This document shows positions 13,245-24,772 of a stretch of 64,000 nucleotides of DNA, one piece after another. Location of the stretch: assembly GCA_963575745.1 (NCBI GenBank), contig CAUYUJ010000258.1:1-64000 (forward strand), read 5' to 3'. Made by a program: the position numbers and the translations under genes. Within the stretch, counting starts at the first letter, position 1; every line of letters begins with the position of its first letter. The stretch comes from Prorocentrum cordatum. Taxonomy: Eukaryota. The notes beneath the pieces were generated by a model. That model was not told the origin of the DNA. It did not search any database and saw nothing but the letters and a program-made list of their open reading frames with translations.

Positions 13245-14945
13245 CCCGTCATCACGGCTTCTGATGCCTCGGAGACCTGATGGGCTTCTGCGCGGCGACA
13301 GAGATGACAGAGGAGGCGAGGCTCTTGTTGGTTAAAGAGCTGGGGGCTTCGCTTGCCCGCGGTCGCGACAAGTGGGGTCTGCTCGAGCTGGGGAGTCGCA
13401 TTGGCGGCATTCGGCGAGCGTTTGACTTGCTCGGGGTCGAGGTCGCCTGCTACGCCCACGGCGCGTAAGGGGAAGCAGGCCAGCGCGTGCTTGAGCACGC
13501 GTGGCCAGGGGTGTCGTTCCTTGACGGGCTCCTCGGGGCGGAGCCGCAGGATTGCCGCGAATGGTTGGAGACGGCGTGCCACCTCGAGCACCTCGTGGCC
13601 TACTTGCAGCCATCGTCGACGTGCACCGCCTTGCAAGAGGAGAGGCGCCAGCGCTCTAAGAACGCAGTGTTGGCAGAGATCGCTGGCTTTATGTATTTGG
13701 TGGCCGGCCTGAGAAGGAGCCACCCGTGCCTGAGCGTTCACTACATGGTGGATGTGATGCAGCTCCCTGGGCTACCTACGTCTCTGCCGATCGAGGACAT
13801 CACGCGGCTCGTGGGCTGCGACTGCGTTGAGGTGGACTTCGAGGACTGGGGTGCGACGAAGCGGAAGAGGCTCCCATGGGCCAGCTGGGAGCTATCGCCC
13901 CCCTGCTTCGCACATGCTGGTTCGGAGGAGGCTGCGCCTCTAGCAGCATCTCGGTAGCAGAAATGCGCGTTGAGGCCCAAGGAGTTCCAGTCGGCTGCAT
14001 TCGAAGCCTTTGTGGGGCTTCGCCGGAAGAGGAGATCGGGGGAGTTGCTCGCCGCGGAGGCCGGCACGGGGACTTCCGCATCATCGTTCGCTCTAGAACT
14101 GTGGGCGCTTGATGGTGCCCGTTTTTCCTCTCGAGCAGTACGAGGCGAGCAACTTGGTCAGGGCGGCGCGGGTATGGCGGCCCCTCGTTTCTGAGGAGCG
14201 CGCGTGCAGGCTTGGCTACGCGTGGGAGCACTTGGACAGCGTGCGCGGGCCGAAGCATGCCCGCAGATGCCTCGTGGAGGCCGAGGGGGAGAAGCTGGTT
14301 TTGCTGGGCAACGCTGCTCCGGCGCCTCTACTTGCCTGGGGTCTGGGCTGCCTCCTGCATCGTGAAGGGGTTCTTCAACGCGAGCCATCCATATGCACTA
14401 GCTGGGGGTGGCCGGATGCGGAGGAGGTTCAAAGTGCCAACCTGATCCTAGGCGGCCCTTGGCAGCAGGTGGGCCCCAGTGATCTTCAAGCTCATGCGAT
14501 CTGGCAAATGGTGAGAAATTCAAGTTATCTGGGGAGCGACGTGCGCATTGCCGACCAGACGTTCTACAGGCCTGCAGTCTGGCCCTGGAGAGGGGCCAAT
14601 GCATCAAAGTGGAGTTGGAAGATTATCGCTAGTTTCCCTTATCAGCCTCAGCATATCAATGTTCTTGAGATGAAGGCGCTCATTACGTCGTGCCTGTGGA
14701 GGTTTAAAGATTGCCGGGCTCTGGGCGCTCGGATTGTCTTCTTCTGCGACTCTCAGGTTACGTTGGCGGTGCTGGCGAAGGGCGGGGCCAGTTCCAAGGC
14801 CCTGCGAGCACCCTCACTTCGGTTCAACGCTCTCATGCTCTGTTCTTCGGCTACACCGTATTACGTCTACGTGAGCACTGCCAGCAACCCGGCAGATGCT
14901 CCAATCCGCTATCGCCATGACGGGAGTTACGAGGAGGAGGCGTGA
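13245..14945 (+). pseudogene. RNase H domain split by an inserted methyltransferase-like domain
   Basis: First catalytic motif VITASDASE at ~13248-13275. Remaining motifs HINVLEMKAL (~14652), FFCDSQVTLAVLAKG (~14740) and YVSTASNPAD (~14870-14897) lie about 1.4 kb downstream. Confidence 0.82.
13370..14360 (+). pseudogene. C5 cytosine DNA methyltransferase-like domain (degenerate; catalytic PC motif not retained)
   Basis: Motif I-like GLLELGSRIGGIRRAFDLLG, motif VIII-like KRKRLPWASW, motif IX-like WRPLVSEERACRLGY and motif X-like LLGNAAPAPLLAW, in canonical order. Motif IV/VI positions read AYLQPSS/YMVDV. Confidence 0.72.
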
Positions 14946-15900
14946 GCAGCTTGGCCGGAGGACGAAGCAAGAGCGGAAGTGGGAGAGGCATCAAATTGGG
15001 AAACTACGAAATCTGGTGCTAGCGAAATCAACTCTCAGGCGCTATAAAGACGCAGTTCTGTATTACTTCGCGTTCATGGAAGAGCGTGGCAGGCGCATTC
15101 CGGGTGACGCCTATAAGCTGGATGACAGCGTGCAAAACTTCATCGAGCATTTGTGGGGCGAAGGAGAGCCCAGAGGATATGCCGGGGACGCCATCTGTGG
15201 GTTTCAACATTTCGCTCCAGCGGTCAAAAAGAATTTGTCTGGGTCGTGGAGGCTCCTTGGTACATGGCAGTCTCATGAGGTACCTTGTCGGGCAGAGCCG
15301 ATCACAGATGACGTAGCAATGGCGCTCATCGGCAGGGGGCTGCGCGAGAACGATGCCGGCATGGCTGCTGCTTATTATTTTGCTTATCGTTGCTATATGC
15401 GCACGGGCGAGGTTTACTGCAGAACCGCTCAAGATTTTACCCTTGACCTTCGATCTCGTACGGTTCACAACGACATGGGATGGATAAAAGGAGGCAATAG
15501 GAGAGGTGCCCGAGAGCCGGCGCACACCGATCATGAGGCGACGTTTTTGTTTTTGGCGAATGCGTTGTGGAACGCGCCGCCTGGCAAAGCGTTGCCCCCG
15601 CAGGGTGAGATGCAGCTGCGAGTAAGTTTCAAAAAGCACATCGTCGCTCTGGGTCTCGACCCGGATTCATATAAACCCTATTCTTTTCAAAGGGGTGGAG
15701 CGACCAGCGCTTTTTGGGCATCTGCCTCATGCGACATTGTCATGAGCGTGGGGGGGTGGATGTCGAGCCGGACGGCACGAAAATACATTGATACGTCTAG
15801 GGCAGCACTCAACGCTCAGACTTTCACAGTTTGCCAGGAGCAACGCATCCGGGCGGCCAAACGCATCTTTACTGAATTCCTGGGGGGCTTGACGCAATAG
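14917..15900 (+). CDS. Tyrosine recombinase of YR retrotransposon
   Basis: Uninterrupted ORF overlapping the end of the RNase H ORF. Motifs YMRTGE (Arg I), WIKGG (Lys), YSFQRGGAT (HxxR box variant), GGWMSS (Trp), RKYI (catalytic Tyr). Confidence 0.9.
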   Translation: MTGVTRRRREQLGRRTKQERKWERHQIGKLRNLVLAKSTLRRYKDAVLYYFAFMEERGRRIPGDAYKLDDSVQNFIEHLWGEGEPRGYAGDAICGFQHFAPAVKKNLSGSWRLLGTWQSHEVPCRAEPITDDVAMALIGRGLRENDAGMAAAYYFAYRCYMRTGEVYCRTAQDFTLDLRSRTVHNDMGWIKGGNRRGAREPAHTDHEATFLFLANALWNAPPGKALPPQGEMQLRVSFKKHIVALGLDPDSYKPYSFQRGGATSAFWASASCDIVMSVGGWMSSRTARKYIDTSRAALNAQTFTVCQEQRIRAAKRIFTEFLGGLTQ

Positions 15901-15968
15901 TGCATGCTGCGGCCCCGGGATGTTCCTCGCTCCCCCGCCTCCACCCGCATCATCAGAGGGGTGCGTGA

Positions 15969-16568
15969 ATACAGAGAGGGGTGAATCCTACAGGCCTTGG
16001 CGTGGGAGGGCGCCTGCCTGGATTCTGCAGGCCTTGGCGCGGGAGGGCACCTGCCTGTCACTCCTTCGCTTTGCGATTTCCCGCGGACTCTGGCACGCTT
16101 AGCGCGCCTGCCCGGCGTGGCGAATCGCGCGCCCATTGGCGCCAGCTGGCGCCGTAGGCGCAACGACAGGTATGACCAACGACCCCGTGAATACCTGTGT
16201 GCTGGAGGTAGCGAGAGAGTGTTCCATGGTTTTTTTGGTTCCCGTGTCCACCCAGCCCCACATTATATAAAACGTTCTTCCTTGGAAGGCTGAGGGCAAG
16301 CCGCAGTGGGAAGCAGTGATGGGGTGAATCCTACGGGCCTTGGCGCGGGAGGGCGCCTGCCTGGATACAGAGAGGGGCGAATCCTACAGGCCTTGGCGTG
16401 GGAGGGCGCCTGCCTGGATTCTGCAGGCCTTGGCGCGGGGGGGCGCCTGCCTGTCACTCCTTCGCTTTGCGATTTCCCTCGGGCTCTGGCGCGCTTAGCG
16501 CGCCTGCCCGGCGTGGCGAATCGCGCGCCCATTGGCACCAGCTGGCACCGTAGGCGCAAAAACAGGTA
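15969..16568 (+). repeat. 3' terminal B1-A2-spacer-B2 repeat block of YR retrotransposon
   Basis: B1 15969-16172, A2 16172-16241, B2 16365-16568; internal subrepeat GGCCTTGGCGYGGGAGGGCRCCTGCCTG. Confidence 0.93.
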
Positions 16569-16569
16569 C

Positions 16570-17045
16570 AAATACCAACCCACACACACCGCACAGCACA
16601 CGCCACACACACAACACACAACACACAACACACATAACACAACATGCACTACACAACACAACACGCGCCACACACGCCACACCCGCGCACCCACGCACAC
16701 ACGCACGCACGCACGCACGCACACACAACACAACACAACACAACACAACACAACACAACACAACGCAACACACAACACAACACAGCACAACACAACACAA
16801 CACAACACAACACAACAAAACACAATACACCACACACACCCACACCCACACACCCACGCACCCACAAACCAACGCACGCACACGCACGCACGCACGCCCG
16901 CCCGCCCGCCCGCCTGTCCGCGCGCGCGCTCGCACGCACGCACGCACAGACGCACGCACGCACGCGCGCGCGCGCAAGCGCGCGCGCACGCATGCACGCA
17001 CGCACGCGTACACGCAGGCACGCACGCACGCAGGCACGCAGGCAG

Positions 17046-17080
<35 letters not shown>

Positions 17081-17089
17081 CACACGCAC

Positions 17090-17130
<41 letters not shown>

Positions 17131-17920
17131 CGCACACACGCACACACGCACACGCACACGCGCACACGCGCACACGCGCACACGCGCACACGCGCACACG
17201 CGCACACGCGCACACGCGCACACGCGCACACGCGCACACGCGCACACGCGCACACGCGCACACGCGCACACGCGCACACGCGCACACGCGCACACGCGCA
17301 CACGCGCACACGCGCACACGCACACACGCACACACGCACACACGCACACACGCACACACGCACACACGCACACACGCACACACGCACACACGCACACACG
17401 CACACACGCACACACGCACACACGCACACACGCACACACGCACACACGCACACACGCACACACACACGCACACACGCACACACGCACACACGCACACACG
17501 CACACACGCACACACGCACACACGCACACACGCACACACGCACACACGCACACACGCACACACGCACACACGCACACACGCACACACGCACACACGCACA
17601 CACGCACACACGCACACACGCACACACGCACACACGCACACACGCACACACGCACACACGCACACACGCACACACGCACACACGCACACACGCACACACG
17701 CACACACGCACACACGCACACACGCACACACGCACACACGCACACACACACGCACACACGCACACACGCACACACGCACACACGCACACACGCACACACG
17801 CACACACGCACACACGCACACACGCACACGCAAACACAAACACACACGCACACACACACACGCACACCACACACACCACCCACACACCCACACACATTCA
17901 CACACATACACACACGCACT
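16570..17920. repeat. CA-rich compound microsatellite including (CACACACG)n (right flank of YR element)
   Basis: Direct inspection. Confidence 0.93.
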
Positions 17921-19054
17921 ACACGTAGACCAATCCACGTGGAAGTCCAGTTTCCAGTGATTGCACACACCACGTCCTACACATCACATTGGCAGGTCCC
18001 CAAGAGAGGAAGGAAGAGGAGGATCATGAGCATGAGGAGGAGGAGGAGGAGGAGGAGGAGGAGGAGGAGGAGGAGGAGGAGGAATAGGAGGAGGAGTGAG
18101 GAGGAGGAGGGAGGATGGAGGAGTAGGAGGAGGAGGAGGAGGAGGAGGATGAGGAGGAGGAGGAGGAGGAGGAGGAGGGGGAGGAGGAGAAAAGGCAGTA
18201 AGAGGCGCCCTTTCGGTCGTTCTGGGGCTTCCTCTTGTAGCAAGAGCCTCGCCTTCACCGTACTGGTGGTTTCACAGGCTCTGGAGCAGGTGGGCCGTTT
18301 TCGTTTCGACTTCGTTTTGCGGTAAGGGCGGATTCGAGACAACAGCGAGGGAACACGAAAACATAACGAAAACGAAAAACACCGTTTAGGTTCAGCCCTG
18401 CTCTGGAGCACCCCTGGCCATACTAAAATCCATAGGGCCGCAGAAAAACCTAAACTGTCTCCCCCTCGGACCCCTTCGAAACCCTGGGACGCCTCCTGGA
18501 CCCCCCCATCCCACCCCCTCTCGAGCTTCCTCGAACCCCCTTCGCACTCCCTCTCGAGCTTCGTCGAAACCCCTTCGACCCCCCTTGAACCACCTCGAAC
18601 CCCTTCGATCCCCCCCTTGTCCTGATTTGTCACGGCCCGAGGGGGGTATGCGTCGAGCCTCCTGGAGCTTCCTCCGCTCGCAGGACGTGCCGGAGCGGCC
18701 CCCGCGAGCCCAGGGCGGCCGCCCGTGTGCTGAGCCAACGGCCGCTGGCGGCTGGGCCCTCGCGAACCTTCCTCGAGCCCCCCTCGAACCCCCTCGCGCC
18801 CCCGAGAGCCCCTTAGAACCGCCTCGAGCCCCCTCGACCTCCCTCGAGGCCCCCCTCCACTCCGGAGCCCCCCGCGAACATCCGCGAGCCTCCAGAGCCT
18901 CCTCGTGCATCCTCGACACTCCTCGAGCCCCCTCCGCCCCGCAGGAGGGGCAGCAGCCGTGAGCCGAGACCGGGCCGGCCGCCCCGCTGCCGCCGAGCCC
19001 CAGGCCAGCTAGGCGGCTGGGTCGTTGGCGTCCAACTGCGCAACTGCCGCGGCG

Positions 19055-19460
<406 letters not shown>

Positions 19461-21159
19461 TCCCCTGAGATCCTGGCTTTGCGATTCTTTCACGCCGCGC
19501 GTTTTCGCTCAGTTTCGAGCCTCAGGACCATCATATATCGATCGGGCTCGAGAAACGCGGTATACAGATGTGGTCTAGGGCTCCAGTCGTTTTTTTTCGC
19601 GATGCCGTTTTTTTTTCCGCATCGTCGAATCTCAAGGTCGTTGTCGTCGCCATGTTGGTTCACTTGATTTTGTTTTGTGCCAGGTTGCGATGAGGCACTT
19701 GGATTTCGATCGTTTGGTCAATTGGGGATGCTTGCCCCATGCCCTGATCCTCGTGTCTGCTGAGCGAAAGTCTGGAGTTATTGTTTCCATGATACCTTTG
19801 GCGAGCAAGCAGCTTTTATCGAAGACCAGGCTTCTGCGGCAGCAGTTGGCCATAATCTACAAGGAGATCAGCAATCTGAAGGCCAAGCCCCCAAACGCTA
19901 TTCCTTGACCTGTGGGACTGAACTTGGACTCGCTCTTGGAAGGGCTTCCCGTATCTCGTCGATTGTACTTTGAGGCCGCAGAATTTCCCTCCACCCCCCA
20001 CCGAGTGCGTGCCCGGTTGCCCCCTGGAGGAACTGTTGGCGGAACCAGCTGGCGCTATTAGCCTTGCTGGCAATGTGGTTGGCGGTGAAGGGAAGGCGAG
20101 CCGCGGGAGGACTTTGCTCCTCACGTTGTGGGCACGGAGCTACAGTCGTCTATGATTCACAAGCCATCGGTCGCTACATGGGTGCTGTCCGTGCCAGGCT
20201 GCACTGGATCCGCTGCCACTTGAGGACCCGATGGAAGTCTCACCACCACCTTGCAAACATCTGTTTCTGCTGAATAGAAGCGCAGGTGCCGACGTGACCT
20301 CCGTGGACGAAGCCGTGGCGGCAACCCAACAGGGCGACTTTGTGCGACTTGCGGGATTGATGCAGGCAGATACGATGATCCGGGAGAGTGTGGTCCCTTT
20401 GCTCCATGTCTGACTTCCCTCCTGCATGGAGAATTGCCAGTCGTGGAAAAAGGGCACCACAGAAACTAGCGCAAAGCATGATGAGTTGACCGTGGACATC
20501 GACCCCCGGACTAAGAACTTGGAGCACAGCGAGAATCTTGCAGCACCAGCGTCGCCAGAGGCCGCTTGAGGTCAGACCCAGCTGTGATTTTGCGAGACCG
20601 GGAGCGTGCCGTGGCCAAGGCGCTGTCGCTGACAAGGATGTGCTGGACGAGACCCGTGTAAAACTGAAGCGCGCCCATATTCAGGCAAAGGTTTTGCGGG
20701 AGGTGGAATTTCTCTGGATACCTTGAGGCGTTGCGAGCGCAACAGTTCCGAATGGAGCAGTTAATCATTTGGGCCAGCGGATTTCAATTGATACTGCATT
20801 CGTTTCGGAATTAGGCTCTCCTCACGTTCGCAACGGACTTGTATTTCTGGGCAACGGCTTTTACTATTTTCATGGAAGTGATTGGCCTACAAGTGTGTGG
20901 ATCGAGGTGACGGTTGTATATGCAGGTATGGGCAGATATTACAACCGGTGACAAGAGGCAATCGACAGTCACCCGACAGGGGTGACAAACGAATGGTTCA
21001 CTTCGAACTGTTGAGTGTTGAGGCTTCGGGGTACTTCACTCTTGAGACTGGCGGCGTGACTCGTCGTCGTCGTGACCGCCGCCGCTGTCGTCGTCGCCGC
21101 CGACGTCAATGTCGCCGTCGCCGCTGTCGCCGCCGCCGTCGCCGCGGCCGTCGTCGCAA

Positions 21160-21208
<49 letters not shown>

Positions 21209-22713
21209 TAACCCGCGCCCATTCGTCGCCGTCGTCACCGCCGTCCTCATCCCCCCCGCTCCTCATCCTCCCTCCTCTTCTTCCTCCTCCCCACTCCTCC
21301 TCCTCCTCTCTTGGAGGGGCAGGGGGAGCAGGGGCCGGGGGAGCAGGAACTCGGGGAGGTATCTTGAGCCTGGCCTTGCCAGCCTTCTTGGCTCGTGTTC
21401 GCACCCAGGCGATGTCCAGACTTTTCCAACGCGCGCTCCCCAGAAGCCCCGACCATCTCCCTGGGAGGAGGAGGAGGAGGAGGAGGAGGAGGAGGAGGAG
21501 GAGGAGGAGGAGGAGGAGGAGGACGAGGAGCAGGAGCTCTTCATCCTGAGTCGTCCTTGGACGATTCCCGGGACCTGGTGAGGGCCCCCAGAGAGGCCAA
21601 GAGCGGCGCAGAGCTTCGCCCCGAGCTTGCTCCATGATGCGAGCACGTCAGGGCTGGGGCCGTGGTGCTTTTGCCCACACCCCCGACGTCAGGATTCTGT
21701 TGCTAGCGTCGACCCCTGGAGGTCTCGGCCCCTTCCCCGGGGACCAGTTTCTCATCCCGGGTCGTCCACGGCTCCGAGGTCTGGCGAGGGCCCCAGGAGG
21801 CCGACAGTAACGAGAAGCTTCCCGTCAGGATTCTTGCATGACCCGAGGGGATCGTCGTCGTCCTCGGCGTCGTGGGGCCTGGAGCTCTTTGGAGCCCACC
21901 TCGGAGCGCAGGGCGCGCCTGGAGCTCTCGGCGTCCTGGAGCTCTCGGCGTCCTGGAGGGGGCAGTCGTCGTCCTCGGCGTCCTGGGGCTCTCTCGGGGC
22001 CCACCTCGGAGCGCAGGGCGCGCCGCGGCCAGAGTGTCGGCCGCGGGGGCAGGCCGCGGCCAGTCTGGGGGCGCAGCCCGCGCGGGTCGCGAGCGGGTCG
22101 CCGCCAGGTCAAGGGAGAGGTGTATCCGGAGCTCCGTGCCGCGGGCGCGGGCCCGCAGCACGCGGGCGAAGGCCCTCGTTCGGGTCGGGCGAAAGGGGGG
22201 GATTGGGAGGGGCGGGGTTACGAAATTGGCTGCGTGCAGCTGGTTTTGGCCTCGCCGAGGGGCCCACTCCTCGATACGTAGCCGCCTCCGGCGCCGGGAG
22301 GCGCCGGGAAAAGCAGCCACGTGAGCTGATTCTCCCCCCCCCCCCCTTTGCTATCCCCTCCTTTTTCGCCCGACCCGCCGACCCGAGGTTCGTGGTCCGA
22401 GTCCGCGCCCCTCCCTCGCCGCCCACCGAACCACCCCGACCCGGCGCAGAGGCCCCGAGGCGCCCCCGATTTCCAGTGTGGGGGGGGGGGGGTCGGGGGA
22501 ACATGGGAAAACACACATGGAACCCGCCCCCCCCAGCCCGAAATTCGTGCGAAATTCGGGTGGGGGGAACATGGAAGAACACACATGGAGCCCGCCCCCC
22601 CCCCCCAGCCCGAAAGTCGTGCGAAGTTCGGGTTTTCGGGCTCGGTTGGGGTGGTCTAGCAGGTAGTCGCTCGCCCGCGCCTCCCCTGCGCGGCCGCCGT
22701 GCCCCTCTTTCGT

Positions 22714-22750
<37 letters not shown>

Positions 22751-22836
22751 ACGACGACGCCGACGCCGACGACGACGCCGACGCCGGCGGCGACGCCGAC
22801 GCCGACAGCGACGCCGACGCCGACGGCGACGGCGAC

Positions 22837-22905
<69 letters not shown>

Positions 22906-23489
22906 GATGAGGACGAGGACGCGCACGGAGCCGCCGAGGACAGCCGAGAGCGTCACGGGTGGGTTCAGCCACGCACCCATGGCCACTTGTACAGGCGTAC
23001 CCCTGAGGGAGGAACCCTGTTCGTGAGGGAGGGGCTCCGTGTTATGGAAGAAAGGGGCTCCATTCCTGATTCAGGGTTCGTTTTGACAGCGTTTCGAATG
23101 TACGAGCGTTCGGCCCCCTCGCGCTGGCTTCGCTGTTGTCATGCCGCTCTCTCCTCCGGGGTGTGGGGTGTGGGGAGTGGCCGGAGTGGCGCGCAGGATG
23201 GGATCGAGGACAAAGCCCACGGCTTCGAGGAAGGCTGCCCCAGGCCGTCGCTTGTGCACCCTTCTTGGATTCGCCCCTGTGCTGCTACTCTCGTGGCGCG
23301 ACGCCAGGCGGCAGGAGTGAGCAGCCTCTTCGGGGACCTTGGCACTCGGCTCGTCGTGGACCTCCCGCGCGGCTGTCTCTTTCCTGGCCGCGTTTGCTCG
23401 CCGACCGGGGAAGCGCTGCAGAGGAGAGCGCGGCAAGACCGCAGCGGAATCCTCCGATCCTTCGGCGTGTGTGCGGCGCTTTTCTGTTT

Positions 23490-23549
23490 GAGTCGTCGTC
23501 GTCGTCGTCGTCGTCTTCGTCGTCGTGGTTGTCGGCGGCGGCGGCGGCG

Positions 23550-23624
<75 letters not shown>

Positions 23625-23684
23625 TCCACGTCCTTGTCGTGCCTCGTCGTCCTCGTCCTCGTCGTCGTCGTCGTCGTTGTCGTG

Positions 23685-23752
<68 letters not shown>

Positions 23753-23807
23753 TCTCGTCCTCGTCGTCGTCGTCGTCGTCGTCGTCGTTCTCGTCCTCGT
23801 CGTCATC

Positions 23808-23867
<60 letters not shown>

Positions 23868-23868
23868 C
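23490..23868. repeat. (CGT)n/(CCTCGT)n microsatellite
   Basis: Direct inspection. Confidence 0.9.
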
Positions 23869-24168
23869 CGCTCCCTCCTTTTCCCTAGGCCCTCCTCCTT
23901 AAGCGATCCAGCCAAGCGGCAGTCAAACAACGTCGTAATCGGTTTGAGGCGCTTAAGCCCCTCCCTTGGATCCCTTCCCTGCCAGGGGGGTGGTCCAGGA
24001 GGGCGTCCTGGTGGGGGTCCCGAGGGGGGTCCCGACGGGGTCCCATGGGGGTCCCTGGGGGGCCCGGGGGGGTCGTGACCTCCCCCCAGGCGGTCTCCCC
24101 ATATGGAGAAGGGGGGGCGGTGTGGAGAGAGGGGGGCGGGGGGGTCCCATACCCCCTCGGGGAATGAA

Positions 24169-24447
24169 CAAAAAAATCATGACGGGAGGTTCTTCCTAAT
24201 TTTCGGCCTCTGGGGCCCCTCAACGGGCCTCGGGAGCGCCAAAAAACGACTCGGGATGCAAAGCCGGTCCCGGGGAATGGGTCGAGATCTCTGGGCCCAG
24301 ACCCCCGACGTCATGATTTTTTCATTACGTCGACCCCATTCCCCGGGACCGGTTTTTCATCCTGAGTCGTTTTTTGACAGTCCCGAGGGCCGGTTAAGGC
24401 CTCCAAAGGCCGAAAATGAAGGAAAACCTCCCGTCTTGATTTTTTCA
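24169..24447. repeat. ~280-bp imperfect palindrome made of two inverted copies of a dispersed repeat
   Basis: AAAAAATCATGACGGGAGG...AAAAAACGACTCGGGATG...CCGGTCCCGGGGAATGGGTCGA pairs with TCGACCCCATTCCCCGGGACCGG...CATCCTGAGTCGTTTTTT...CCTCCCGTCTTGATTTTTT. Related single units near 320-445, 21715-21810, 25430-25530 and 54970-55090. Confidence 0.8.
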
Positions 24448-24703
24448 TTACTCGAGGGGGTCTGGGGGGGTCGACGTCACGAAAAAATCACGACGTCGGG
24501 GGACGGGGGGGTAGCCTCCCTGTTGGCCAGGGGAGGGCAGGACCCCTCCCCCCGCCTCGGCCCCGGCGGCCCTGGCCCCCGGCCCCAGCCCGCCCCGGTC
24601 TTGTGCCCGCGGCCACGGCCCGGGTCCCCGCCGGGATCCTCGTCGTCCTCGTCGACGTGGTCGTCGTCGTCGTCGTCGTCGCCGCCGTCGTCGCCGTCGT
24701 CGT

Positions 24704-24772
<69 letters not shown>

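Larger units (their letters stand above)
8721..16568 (+). mobile_element. Tyrosine-recombinase retrotransposon (DIRS order; split direct repeats A1...B1-A2-B2 as in Ngaro/PAT), methyltransferase-carrying, degenerate
   Basis: A1 8721-8790 = A2 16172-16241 (70 bp, 4 mismatches); B1 15969-16172 = B2 16365-16568 (204 bp). Internal gag-like ORF, RT, RNase H and YR coding regions in that order. No TSD. Flanked on both sides by CA-rich microsatellite. Confidence 0.93.
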
